From assembly GCA_002269645.1 (NCBI GenBank), contig NIVC01002361.1, forward strand, positions 1 to 27,479: DNA of 27,479 nucleotides, written 5' to 3'. Each line of letters opens with the position of its first letter. Position 1 is the stretch's first letter. This document shows positions 11,145 through 20,669 of this stretch, piece by piece. A program made the translations under genes and the position numbers. The notes beneath the pieces were generated by a model that ran no database searches, was not told the origin of the DNA, and was given only the letters and a program-made list of their open reading frames with translations. Origin of the DNA: Macrostomum lignano (Eukaryota).

Positions 11145-12650
11145 ACATAAAACAAGCACAATATCAAACATACAAGTGGCACCATGTCGAAAATTAAAGA
11201 GCTACCATGTAAAACATAAAAGAGCCACCATGTCAAACACATACGTGACTCCAATGTCAAACATATTTGTGACTCCATGTAAAATATATATACGTGACTG
11301 CATGTCAAACATTTAAGAGCCACCATGTCAAACATTTAGGAGCCACCATGTCAAACATTTAAGAGCCACCATGTCAAACATTTAAGAGACACCATGTCAA
11401 ACATTTAATAGCCACCATGTCAAACATTTAAGAGCCACCATGTCAAACATTAAAGAGCCACCATGCCAAACATAAAAGAAGCACCATGTCAAACATATAC
11501 GTGACTCCATGTCAAACACTTGAGAGCCACCATGTCAAACATAAACGAGCCACCACGTCTAACATTTAAGAGCCACCATGTCAAACATTTAAGAGACACC
11601 ATTTCAAACATTTAATAGCCACCATGTCAAACATTTAAGAGCCACCATGTCAAACATTTAAGAGCCACCATGTCAAACATTTAAGAGCCACCATGTCAAA
11701 CATTTAGGAGCCACCATATCAAACATATATGTGACTTTATGTCAAACTTTAAAGAGCCACCATTTCGAACATTAAAGAGCCACAATGTCAAACATAAAAG
11801 AGCCACCAGGTTAAACATTAAAGAGCCACCATGTCAAACATAGAAGAGACACCATGTCAAACATTTAATAGCCACCATGTCAAACATTTAGGAGCCACCA
11901 TGTCAAACATTTAGGAGCCACCATGTCAAACATTTAAGAGCCACCTTGTCAAACATTTAGGAGCCACCATATCAAACATATATGTGACTTTACGTCAAAC
12001 TTTAAAGAGCCACCATTTCGAACATTAAAGAGCCACCGTGTCAAACATAAAAGAGCCACCATGTCAAACATAGAAGAGCCACCATGTCAAAACATAAAAG
12101 TGCCACCATGTCGAACATAAAAGCGCCACCATGAAGAACATTAAAGAGCCACCATGTCAAACATTTAGGAGCCACCATGTCAAACATATATGTGACTTTA
12201 TGTCAAACATTAAAGAGCCACCATTTCGAACATTAAGGAGCCACCATGTCGGACATTAAATAGCCACCATGTCAAACATAAAAGAGCTATACCATGAAGA
12301 ACATTAAAGAGCCACTTTGTCGAAACATTAAAGAGCCACCATGTCAAACAATAAAGAGCCACCATGTCAAACATTTTGGAGCCACCATGTCAAAACATAA
12401 AAGTGCCATCATGTCAAACCTAAAAGAGCCACCATGTCTAACGTAAAAGAGCCACCATGTTAAACATTAAAGAGCCACAATGTCAAACAATAAGGAGCCA
12501 CCATGTCAAACATAGGAGAACCACCATGTCAAACATAGAAGAGCCACCATGTCAAACATAGAAGAGCCACCATGTCAAACATAGAAGAGCCACCATGTCA
12601 AACATAGAAGAGCCACCATGTCACACATTGAAAAGCCACCGTATCAAACC
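11145..12650 (+). repeat. 23-bp minisatellite inside H2
   Basis: Same family as 8565-9985; frequent variant ATGTCAAACATTTAAGAGCCACC. Confidence 0.95.
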
Positions 12651-12747
12651 TAAATGATACACAATTTCAAACGTAAAAGTAAGCGAATTTTAAAGGAGCC
12701 ACTATAATGCTAAGGAAATCGTCGCACTAGCTACTTATTGTCTGGTG

Positions 12748-13155
12748 GATGCTTGCTATTTGGGGATGCCTGCTATCTGGGGGATGCTTGCTATCTGGGG
12801 GATGCTTGCTATCTGGGGGATGCTTGCTATCTTGGGGATGCTTGCTATCTGGGGGATGCTTGCTATTTGGGGATGCTATCTATCTGGGGGATGCTTGCTA
12901 TCTGGGGGATGCTTGCTATCTGGGGGATGCTTGCTATCTGGGGATGCTTGCTATCTGGGGATGCTTGCTATCTGGGGGATGCTTGCTATCTGGGGGATGC
13001 TTACTATTTGGGGGATGCTTGCTATCTGGGGGATGCTATCTATCTGGGGGATGCTTGCTATCTGGGGGATGCTTGCTATCTGGGGGATGCTTGCTATCCG
13101 GGGGATGCTTGCAATCTGGGGGATGCTTGCTATCTGGGGGATGCTTGCTGTCTTG
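12748..13155 (+). repeat. 18-bp G-rich minisatellite inside H2
   Basis: Unit ATGCTTGCTATCTGGGGG, about 22 copies. Confidence 0.95.
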
Positions 13156-13565
13156 GGATGATTTCTTTTTGCATTGCACTTCATTTGAGTATTTTGTCTG
13201 TTTTCTTTGTGAAGGCTTTATTTGGCGATCTTTTTGTTACTTGTAGAGAGCAGAGATTCTATACAGATGCCCCCCAAGGGGGGTCGAAGATTGCTAGTAA
13301 TATCTATTATTTGTTTACTGAAAATCTAAAATTATTTATTATTAATCTTTGAAAATATATATTAGTCTAATAAGATTTGAAGTTGGTGAAGGAAAATTTT
13401 AAGCATTCTTAAGTTTTATTAAATGTTTTTCATTTTCAATTTGGCATCTTGAATGTAGACCCTGAGTACCAAATAGTACTGCGATTCTGATGCTTGGAAA
13501 ACACACAGAGATTATATTTCTGCTTTTTTATACTTTACTTAATTTTATTTACTGCCGTTGCTCCA

Positions 13566-13895
13566 ATGCAGACGGAGGAGGAAATCCAGGACGGGCCGTG
13601 GAGTCTGAAAGATGATGAGGAGCAGCGACGCAACCGTCGTCGGTCGCACGCGGCCGACCTGCTCTCAGCTGCGTCTGGCGGCGCCAGCCGACTGGCCGGG
13701 GCTGAAGGCAACAAAGAGAACGCACCAAATAAAGGCGCTCTGCATGGCATGTCCGCTAAGCAGCTCACTGAGCACTATGAGGACTGCATTAAATTGTCTG
13801 CTGAAGGGAAAATTTCTGCAAAAAATGCCTTTGCTCTGCATTTGATTGACTATCTGGATGGCATGGTTAAACAGGAGAACTTTGGCGGCTTCCAG
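13566..13895 (+). CDS. NCAPH: Condensin complex subunit 2 (CAP-H/Barren kleisin), exon 1
   Basis: MQTEEEIQ...[14 protein letters not shown]...[31 protein letters not shown] matches the CAP-H N-terminal kleisin motif (human, from memory: NDDEKERLQRRRSR...[30 protein letters not shown]). Donor CAG|GTGAGT at 13895/13896, phase 0. The true start is uncertain. Confidence 0.93.
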
Positions 13896-13939
13896 GTGAG
13901 TGGCATTCGCTTAGAATTTTAAATTTGTGTTGCTTGTTT

Positions 13940-14530
13940 TCAGTTGCTGGGCCATGCAGCCTTTAAGATCCTCAGTTGCTGGGCCAGCCTCCCAGATCCT
14001 CAGTTGCTGGGCAGCCATTCAGATCCTCAGTTGCTGGGCCATCAGCCTCCCAGATCCCCAGATGCTGGGCCAGCCTCCCAGATCATCAGTTGCTGAGCCA
14101 GCCTCCCAGATCCTCAGTTGCTGGGCCAGCCTACCAGATCCTCAGTTGCTGGGCCAGCCTACAAGATCCTCAGTTGCTGGGCCAGCCTCCCAGATCATCA
14201 GTTGCTGAGCCAGCCTCCCAGATCCTCAGTTGCTGGGCCAGCCTCCCAGATCCTCAGTTGCTGGGCCAGCCTCCCAGATCCCAAGTTGCTGGGCCATCAG
14301 CTTCCCAGATCCTCAGTTGCTGGGCCATCAGCCTCCCAGATCTTCAGTTTCTGAGCCAGCCTCCAGATCCTCAGTTGCTGGGCCAGCCTCCCAGATCCTC
14401 AGTTTCTGAGCCAGCCTCCCAGATCCTCAGTTGCTGGGCCAGCCTCCCAGATCCTCAGTTTCTGAGCCAGCCTCCCAGATCTTCAGTTTCTGAGCCAGCC
14501 GCCCAGATCCTCAGTTACTGGGCCAGCCTT
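13940..14530 (+). repeat. 28-bp minisatellite filling intron 1
   Basis: Unit GATCCTCAGTTGCTGGGCCAGCCTCCCA, with 31-bp (ATC insertion) variants. Confidence 0.95.
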
Positions 14531-14615
14531 ATTGTTAATTAAGATGAAGAATTCACAAAAAATTGCATAGCAACCAAACTAACGAGTCTCCTGAAATCAC
14601 CGCCGCAACCGCCAG

Positions 14616-15532
14616 GTGGCCTCCAGCTCCCTAGACGCTGGCGCCAAAATCTACGCCGGTCGGGTAGACGCAGTCCACCACGAGGCCTACAAAGTTCTTG
14701 GCGGGCTTGGCCGGTCCACAACTTCTGCAGAGAAAAAATCCAATGACAACGACATCAACAGCGACGATGACGGAGGCAACGCTGGCGAGGCCGACGACGA
14801 TGACGACAGGCCAATGTCGGGCAACAGGCGCAAAGCTGCGGCCGAACGGAAGCGCCGCCAGAAAGCTGTGATCGCATCTAATCTGGCTCGGATTCGCTTG
14901 AAACCGGCCAGTTTGAGATTCGACGTTGATCCGCTCTTCCAACAGCAGGCGTCCGCTTATGACGATGGCGGCACGGGAGAATTGAGACTCAACAATGTCT
15001 ACGTGGTTGACAATGCGTGCGAGATTCTGCTGGATAGCGACGCGTCAGTTTGTATTGGCGCCTGCGAGTCGGCTAATCAAGACGAGTCTTCTTCTTCTAA
15101 TAAGCAGCAATGCCGATTGGAAGATGTTGACATTAGTAACCGCTTAGCAACGGTTGCTAATCGCCTTGACAGCAGCGTCCTACAAGAAGAAGACGAAGAC
15201 GAAGCAAATAATCAGTGGCTCTGCTTTGCGTTTAGGCGATTTTCTTTCCTACGTAGAAATTGCGGCGGCCTAAACGACCTCACATTCGGCGGCGGTGCAG
15301 CAGATCAGAGCGCCGTTCTGGCCGATTTTGTTGCCAGACTGCCGCCGCCAGAGGATGATGATTATCCCGAGCAGCCGCCTGCTGATCACCTAGACGCGGA
15401 CGATGATCATCACGGCGGATTCATTGACGAGTGCACTATGGACGCCGGCGTCGGGATGCAGATCGACATGTGCGGCGAGCGCAATGCTGTGGTGGTTAAT
15501 ACGGCGGATAGTAAATTGGCTGGAGAGAGCTT
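14616..15532 (+). CDS. NCAPH: CAP-H exon 2
   Basis: Acceptor CAG at 14613-14615. VASSSLDAGAKIYAGRVDAVHHEAYKVLGGLG and FDVDPLFQQQASAYDDGG match CAP-H ([34 protein letters not shown]). Donor GTAAGT at 15533, phase 2. Confidence 0.95.
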
Positions 15533-15595
15533 GTAAGTACCGATGGCTTCATTAGATTGGCTGGTATTGCTGATGTCAAATGTATTGTAGCCTAA

Positions 15596-15865
15596 GGGGG
15601 TTGCAGCCTAGGAGTTAAGAGCGTCGATCTCACGACTTAAAAGTCGGGAGTTCGATTCCCGATCCCACTCGGAACAATTTGCGTCCTCCTTGACCAAGAC
15701 ACTTCACTCTGCATTGCTTCAGTTCACCCAGCTGTAAAATGGGTGCCAGTATTAGCTGGGGTGATTGAGCGTGTGTGTGGGGAGTGGCGACCCCCCAGTC
15801 ATTGGACTGAACAGCCGTACGCAGCCTTTAGACTGCACCGCGCAATAGCTGCGGCTGAACTGTCT
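15596..15865 (+). mobile_element. tRNA-derived CORE-type SINE, copy 1 (3'-truncated)
   Basis: tRNA-like head with a B box GGGAGTTCGATTCCC (15646-15660). Body CCTTGACCAAGACACTTCACTCTGCATTGCTTCAGTTCACCCAGCTGTAAAATGGG aligns without gaps to the MIR CORE consensus as I recall it. An inverted homolog lies at 19501-19816. Confidence 0.85.
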
Positions 15866-15959
15866 GTGTATAGGAGTTTTGTCTATTCTAAATCTAAAAA
15901 GACAAATTTGCCATTCTATTAATGAATAGAATCCAATCATAAAGCATGAACACAAACGG

Positions 15960-16340
15960 ATACCTAAACTATCCGATTTTTAGAAATACGAATTTTCTGT
16001 TTCTTAGAAGCATAGGCTATTCGATTCTTAGAAAAGTGAATTGTTCGATTCTCAGAAACTTACAGTTAACGTCCGATTCCCAAAATAACAATTTTATCCG
16101 TTTATAAGAAGAAAATGCGGGATTCTTAGAATTTTTAGTGATCCAATTTTAAAAAAACACGAATTTCGTTTCTAAGAAATTTAAGCTATCCGATTCTTAA
16201 AAACAAAAAATACAAGGTTTCTACGAACATTAAACAACCAGTTCTTAGAAAAAGGAATTACCCGATTTTTAGACACAAGAATTAACAATTTCTTAGAAAC
16301 ATAAACTGTCTGATTCTTAGAAATAGAAACTTTTTGATTC
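15960..16340 (+). repeat. Degenerate 24-bp minisatellite (GATTCTTAGAAA core)
   Basis: Recurrent GATTCTTAGAA / TTTTTAGAAA at ~24-bp spacing; same family as 19830-20015. Confidence 0.75.
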
Positions 16341-16629
16341 TTAATAATAACAAGCTGTTGAAACCCGCGGATTTTGAACCCGGGGAATTTCAATCCCCGG
16401 AACTATTTTTGCATGTATTCTAAAATCTGAGGTCTAACTCAAACAAAAACTTGTTAATAGTTACGAAAGAGTTAAACATAAAATAGAGTACACATTTGTG
16501 TAAAATTAGGATTTGAGGCAAACATTGATATTGTTGGCTAGGGTGCTGCGCAGAATGTCAGGCAAACTCTGGCAGTCTGGCTGGCCTCTGTATCTGCCTC
16601 TCTGTCTCCCTATGCCCTCGGATCCTTTG

Positions 16630-16886
16630 AAATTTCTATCTTCTCTTCTGTTTCTTCTCTTCTCTCTCGTCTCTTGTCTCTTCCTTCTCTTCTCTTCTCA
16701 CTCCTTACTCTACCCTTTCAACACTTCCTTCATCTACTCCTCTCCCCTTTCTCATCTCTTCTCTCAACTCTCTCCTCTCCTCTCTCCACTCTCTCCTCTC
16801 ATCTCTTTCCTCACCTCTTTTCTCTCTTATCTCTTCCCATTACTCTCTGGTTGCTTCTCTCTCTCTCTCTCCCTCTCTCTCTCTCT

Positions 16887-16945
<59 letters not shown>

Positions 16946-17920
16946 ATCTGTCTTCTCTCTAATCTTTCCCCTCTTTCCTCTCCTCTCTCATCCTTTCCCC
17001 TCTTTCCCTGTCCTCTCGATTCTCTCCCCTCCCCTCCCCTCCTCTTCCTCACTCACTTCTCTCTCCCCTTGTCTCACCTCTCCTCTTTTCTCTCTACTCT
17101 CCCATCTCTCGTCTGTTCACTCTTGTTTCTGCTCTCTTATCTCCCCTCTCTCATCTGTCATTACTCTCTTATACTCGTGTGTTCTCTCACCTCTCTCCTC
17201 TGTACTCTTCTTTTTCCCCTCTTTTGACTCCTCTCTTTTCTTTCTCCTTTCTTCTCTTCTCTTCTCTTCCCTCTTCTATACTCTCTCCCTCTCTTGTCTT
17301 CTCTCTTCTCTCTCCACACTTCTCTCTCCACTCTCCTCTCTTCTCTCATAAATCGTCTGTTCACTCTCACCTTTGCTCTCTCATCCCCCTTTCTCCTCTG
17401 TCATCTCTACTCTCCTCTCTCCTGTGTACTCTTCTCTTTCCCCTCTTGTATACTCTCTCCCCTCTATTCTCTTCTCCCGTCTCTCTGCACTCTGCTCTCT
17501 CTTCCTTCATCTCTCATCTCTACTCTCTCATCTTTCCTTTCATCTCTCCCATCTCTATAATCTCATCTCTTTCATCTCTCCTCCTCTTTCCTTTACTCTT
17601 CCCTTCCATCCCTTCTTTCTCAACTCTCTTCTCACTCCTCTCTCCCCCTCTTATCTACTCTCTTCCCTACCCTCTCTAATCTCTCCTCTCGATCCTCTCT
17701 CATCTTCTCTCTGTTCTCTCATCTCTACTCTCTTATCACTCTTCTCTACTCTCCTCACCCATCGATCCTCTGTCTCATCTCTCCCCTCTTCTCTCTCCCT
17801 CTTCTCACCTTTACTATTTCCTCTCCCTCCTCTCTCCCCTCCTCTTGCTTCTTCCTCCCATATACTCTGCTGTCTACTCTCTCCTTACCCCTCGTCTCTC
17901 CTATTATCGTCTATCTTATA
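16630..17920 (+). repeat. ~1.3-kb degenerate (CT)n polypyrimidine tract
   Basis: Almost entirely C/T on the + strand, with near-pure (CT)n at ~16855-16940. Confidence 0.95.
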
Positions 17921-18349
17921 GCCTCTTCACTGGGGCAGAGAGAATTCAAGTTGTTCGAAAGTTCGAAACACTACATTGTTGCATGCACACTGACCCTGGT
18001 ATGGGGAAATGAGTGAGAGGCTTGCTCTCTTTCTGCTGTACTGTACTGCACTGAATCTGGCATTTAAAATTTTTTATTTTAAGTGGCTTAAGTAAAACTT
18101 AAGAAATGTTAAAATTTGCATTTTTTGTTACTTATTCAGTAGAACTATATCTATATCGCTTTTTCAGAGATTTTTTGCTTTTGCAAACTTTTACAAACTG
18201 CTGGTTGGCAGGTTGGGCAAGCTTAGAACAGTTTGGTGAGAAGTTCTAACCAAAGCCTTTTCCACTGTGCTGACTGGGCCGGGGGAGGGGGCGCAATAAA
18301 GTCAAGTTAATTTCCAAATCACTATACACTGCTGGCCTACCCCTTTGTT

Positions 18350-18962
18350 CTGGGGGAATGAGTAAGAGGGAGCGGCCTAACACCAGAAAAAACAGCCAAA
18401 CTTCTCACGCTTACAGTTTCTGTTCTGGTAGAGTTACAGAGTTGAGACTTTATAATTAGAGCATGCACTCTGCAGCAGTCTAACAACCAAGGAAATACGC
18501 ATTTCTTAGGAGCCATTTAAATTTTAAAGTTACCTTATGCGAATCTTAATGTTAAAAGCTTCATGCTCTAACAACAAACTAATTTAGTAAGGATTGCATT
18601 GTAATTGTAATCAGTTATTAATTAATTTTTCGCTATTTTTACAAACCATCCCACATTGTCTTGACTCTTGATTTGCCATCCACTGTTAAACTGCTGCAGA
18701 CTTGTGTCTATTCAGAGGACAGTGGTTTGAATCTCTAGCTAAACTGTCTCTCTTCTCTACGCCTCTCCACTCGCGGGGGACAGAGAAGGCTATTAAAAAG
18801 TTATTCCAAAACACTGTACATTCGCTATGTACATTGAGCCCTATCGCCTGATCCTTCGTCTGGGGGAATGAGTTGGATGAGCGGCAAACAACAGAAAAAG
18901 CAGACAAACTTCACATGCTTACAGTTTCTGTTCTGGTTGAGATACAAAGTTGAGACTTTATA
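18350..18962 (+). repeat. Dispersed ~104-bp direct repeat (18350-18453 and 18860-18962) inside H3
   Basis: Both copies read CTGGGGGAATGAGT...GCTTACAGTTTCTGTTCTGGT...GTTGAGACTTTATA. Confidence 0.85.
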
Positions 18963-19500
18963 TTTGGACAGAGAATAAGTCAATAAAGATTTGTGTCAAG
19001 TTTGAAGTCAATCGCTTCACGTGAAGCAAACGTATGGCAGCCCAAAGTTAGTCATTAAAAAACCTATTTGCACCCTTTGCCCAGATCGGGAAAGAGAGGC
19101 AGGAGGGCGGAGGTTGGGGTGGCTGCCTCGCTGAAAAAAACAGCCTAACTTAAAAAGTGCCCAGCGCCATTCAGGATTAACTTTGAGACTCAAAACTTTA
19201 CACGATTGTGTCAAAATAGTTGAAGATTGATTGTGTCAAATTTGAAGAGGATCGGTAGAAGTGGAGCGGCGCTATGGAGGATTAAGTAAAAAAATTGCGC
19301 ATTTTGAGCAGTTTTTTGTACTTTAAGGTAGGAAGACTTGAGTCTAGGAAATTTAAAGGTAGCCTAAGACATTCTCCGTAGTAAGTTTAGGGTGGGTGTA
19401 AAGTTTGGTGTCATTTAGTTAAGCGGTTTGGGAGTCCATAGCGATCAAAATTGTCCACAGACAGACAGACAGACAGAGTTTTGATTTTTATATGTAGAGA

Positions 19501-19816
19501 TAATGATAATGTTAATAATAGCAATAACTGATTACACCTGCCCTAATGGCCAGATGTGCAACCGAGACAGCTCAGCCACAGCTATTGCGCGGCGCATCTG
19601 AAGGCTGCGTACGGCTGTTCAGTCCAAGGACTGGGGGGTCGCCAACCCTCAATTACCCCAGCTAATGCTGGCACCCATTTTACAGCTGCGTGAACTGAAG
19701 CAATGCAGAGTTTGTGTCTTGCTCAAGGACACAAAGTGTTCCAAGTAGAATCGGGAATCGAACTCCCGACCTTTAAGTCGTGAGTCCGACGCTCTGACCA
19801 CTAGGCTAAAAACCCC
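19501..19816 (-). mobile_element. tRNA-derived CORE-type SINE, copy 2 (its tail continues at 16342-16350, across H3)
   Basis: The minus strand reads GGGGTTTTTAGCCTAGTGGTCAGAGCGTCGGACTCACGACTTAAAGGTCGGGAGTTCGATTCCCG (A and B boxes), then the CORE-like body, then a TTA/ATT-rich tail. Confidence 0.85.
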
Positions 19817-19829
19817 ATTTTTTAAAAGA

Positions 19830-20015
19830 TCAATTATCCAATTCTTAGAAACATGAATTATCCAATTCTTAGAAACATGAATTATCCAATTCTTAGAAAC
19901 ACGAATTATCTGATTCTTAGAAACATGAATCATCTGATTCTTAGAAACACGAATTATCTGATTCTTAGAAATACGAATTATCTGATTCTTAGAAACATGA
20001 ATTATCTGATTCTTA
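19830..20015 (+). repeat. 24-bp minisatellite
   Basis: Unit AATTATC(C/T)(A/G)ATTCTTAGAAACA(T/C)G, about 7-8 copies. Confidence 0.95.
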
Positions 20016-20088
20016 GTTATTGGCCTTAGCGCGATTCCTATTTCTTAGAAAAATAAATCCCCATTCATAACCGATTTCTCAACCGCAG

Positions 20089-20647
20089 CCATCCGAACGC
20101 CAGTAGAAATTTTGTGGAAGCAATCCGCGATCTGCTCTCAGATCGCTACGCTCATTTGAGCGCCAACGGCGCCGCTAGCGGCGGCAGTGGAGTCGGCGGC
20201 GGCAGAGGTGTTGGCCGACTTACCGGCGGAGAATTCTTCCGTCTATTCGCCGACCCGGCTAATTGGAAGAGAAAAAAGTGCAAATTAACTGCGCTATTAT
20301 CGAAAGCGGCAGCGGCAGCAGAGAAAATTAAAGATGGCGCCATCGCAGGCGCGGCTTGCTCTGCCGCAGCTCCGGCCGCTTCTACAGCTCGCCGACGCCA
20401 AGCAGCCAAAGCCGCCATGGATCAGTTGCTGACTGACAGTCCTGCAGATTGGCGAAAGAAATTAGCTTTATCTAGATCCGGGTTGAAGCTATCCGACACT
20501 GTTATTAGCAGGCATATGCAATCGGAATTTAATTTGCCGCACGTGATTGCGCCTGTTCAATCTGGCGTAGTTGGAGACTTTGCTGGTCGTTGCGTCAGGC
20601 AGAACCTGTTAAATTTGATTGCAGATAATCGGCATTGCTTTCAGAGT
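20089..20647 (+). CDS. NCAPH: CAP-H exon 3
   Basis: Acceptor CAG at 20086-20088 completes the phase-2 codon (TT+C); a phase-compatible alternative AG lies at 20102-20103. GEFFRLFADPANWKRKK corresponds to CAP-H GEYSYF...WAGPDHWRFR. Donor GTGAGT at 20648, phase 0. Exons 2+3 total 1476 nt, in frame. Confidence 0.85.
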
Positions 20648-20669
20648 GTGAGTCTTGGCTGTTTTTTTA

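Larger units (their letters stand above)
10551..13297 (+). mobile_element. Non-autonomous Helitron H2 (2747 bp), head-to-tail with H1
   Basis: Junction CTAG|TCCTATATACTAAAAATGAG at 10550/10551. Ends with a CCCCCC-AA-GGGGGG hairpin (13270-13283) then TCGAAGATTGCTAG|T. The dimer as a whole sits between A (7977) and T (13298). Confidence 0.85.
16351..19500 (-). mobile_element. Non-autonomous Helitron H3 (~3150 bp), a different family from H1/H2
   Basis: The minus strand begins A|TCTCTACATATAAAAATCAAAACTCTGTCTGTCTGTCTG...GACTCCCAAACCGCT, a typical metazoan Helitron 5' end. It ends ...CCGCGGGTTTCAACAGCTTG|T after a GC-rich hairpin region (16364-16409). It sits at an A|T site within a (TTA)n tract. 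Confidence 0.7.

Noticed and set aside
8941-13352. ORFs such as 8941-9171, 10070-10563, 11141-11335 and 12738-13352 as proteins
   Set aside because: They are translations of the 23-bp and 18-bp minisatellites inside the Helitrons; the periodicity equals the repeat length.
13494-13565. Hydrophobic signal-peptide-like N-terminus ([19 protein letters not shown]...)
   Set aside because: It depends on a TTG start, is T-rich non-coding-looking sequence, and CAP-H is a nuclear protein.
13927-14542. ORFs in intron 1, and the repeat-derived ORFs at 20791-21526, 23529-24576, 24856-25137 and 25566-26022
   Set aside because: They are minisatellite translations lying between well-supported GT-AG exon boundaries.
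15596-15670. Functional tRNA genes here and at 19745-19816
   Set aside because: The acceptor and anticodon stems do not pair properly and the sequence runs directly into a CORE-like SINE body.
16513-17921. Long Leu/Ser/Pro/Phe ORFs resembling membrane proteins
   Set aside because: They are an artefact of the CT-rich tract, which rarely contains stop codons.
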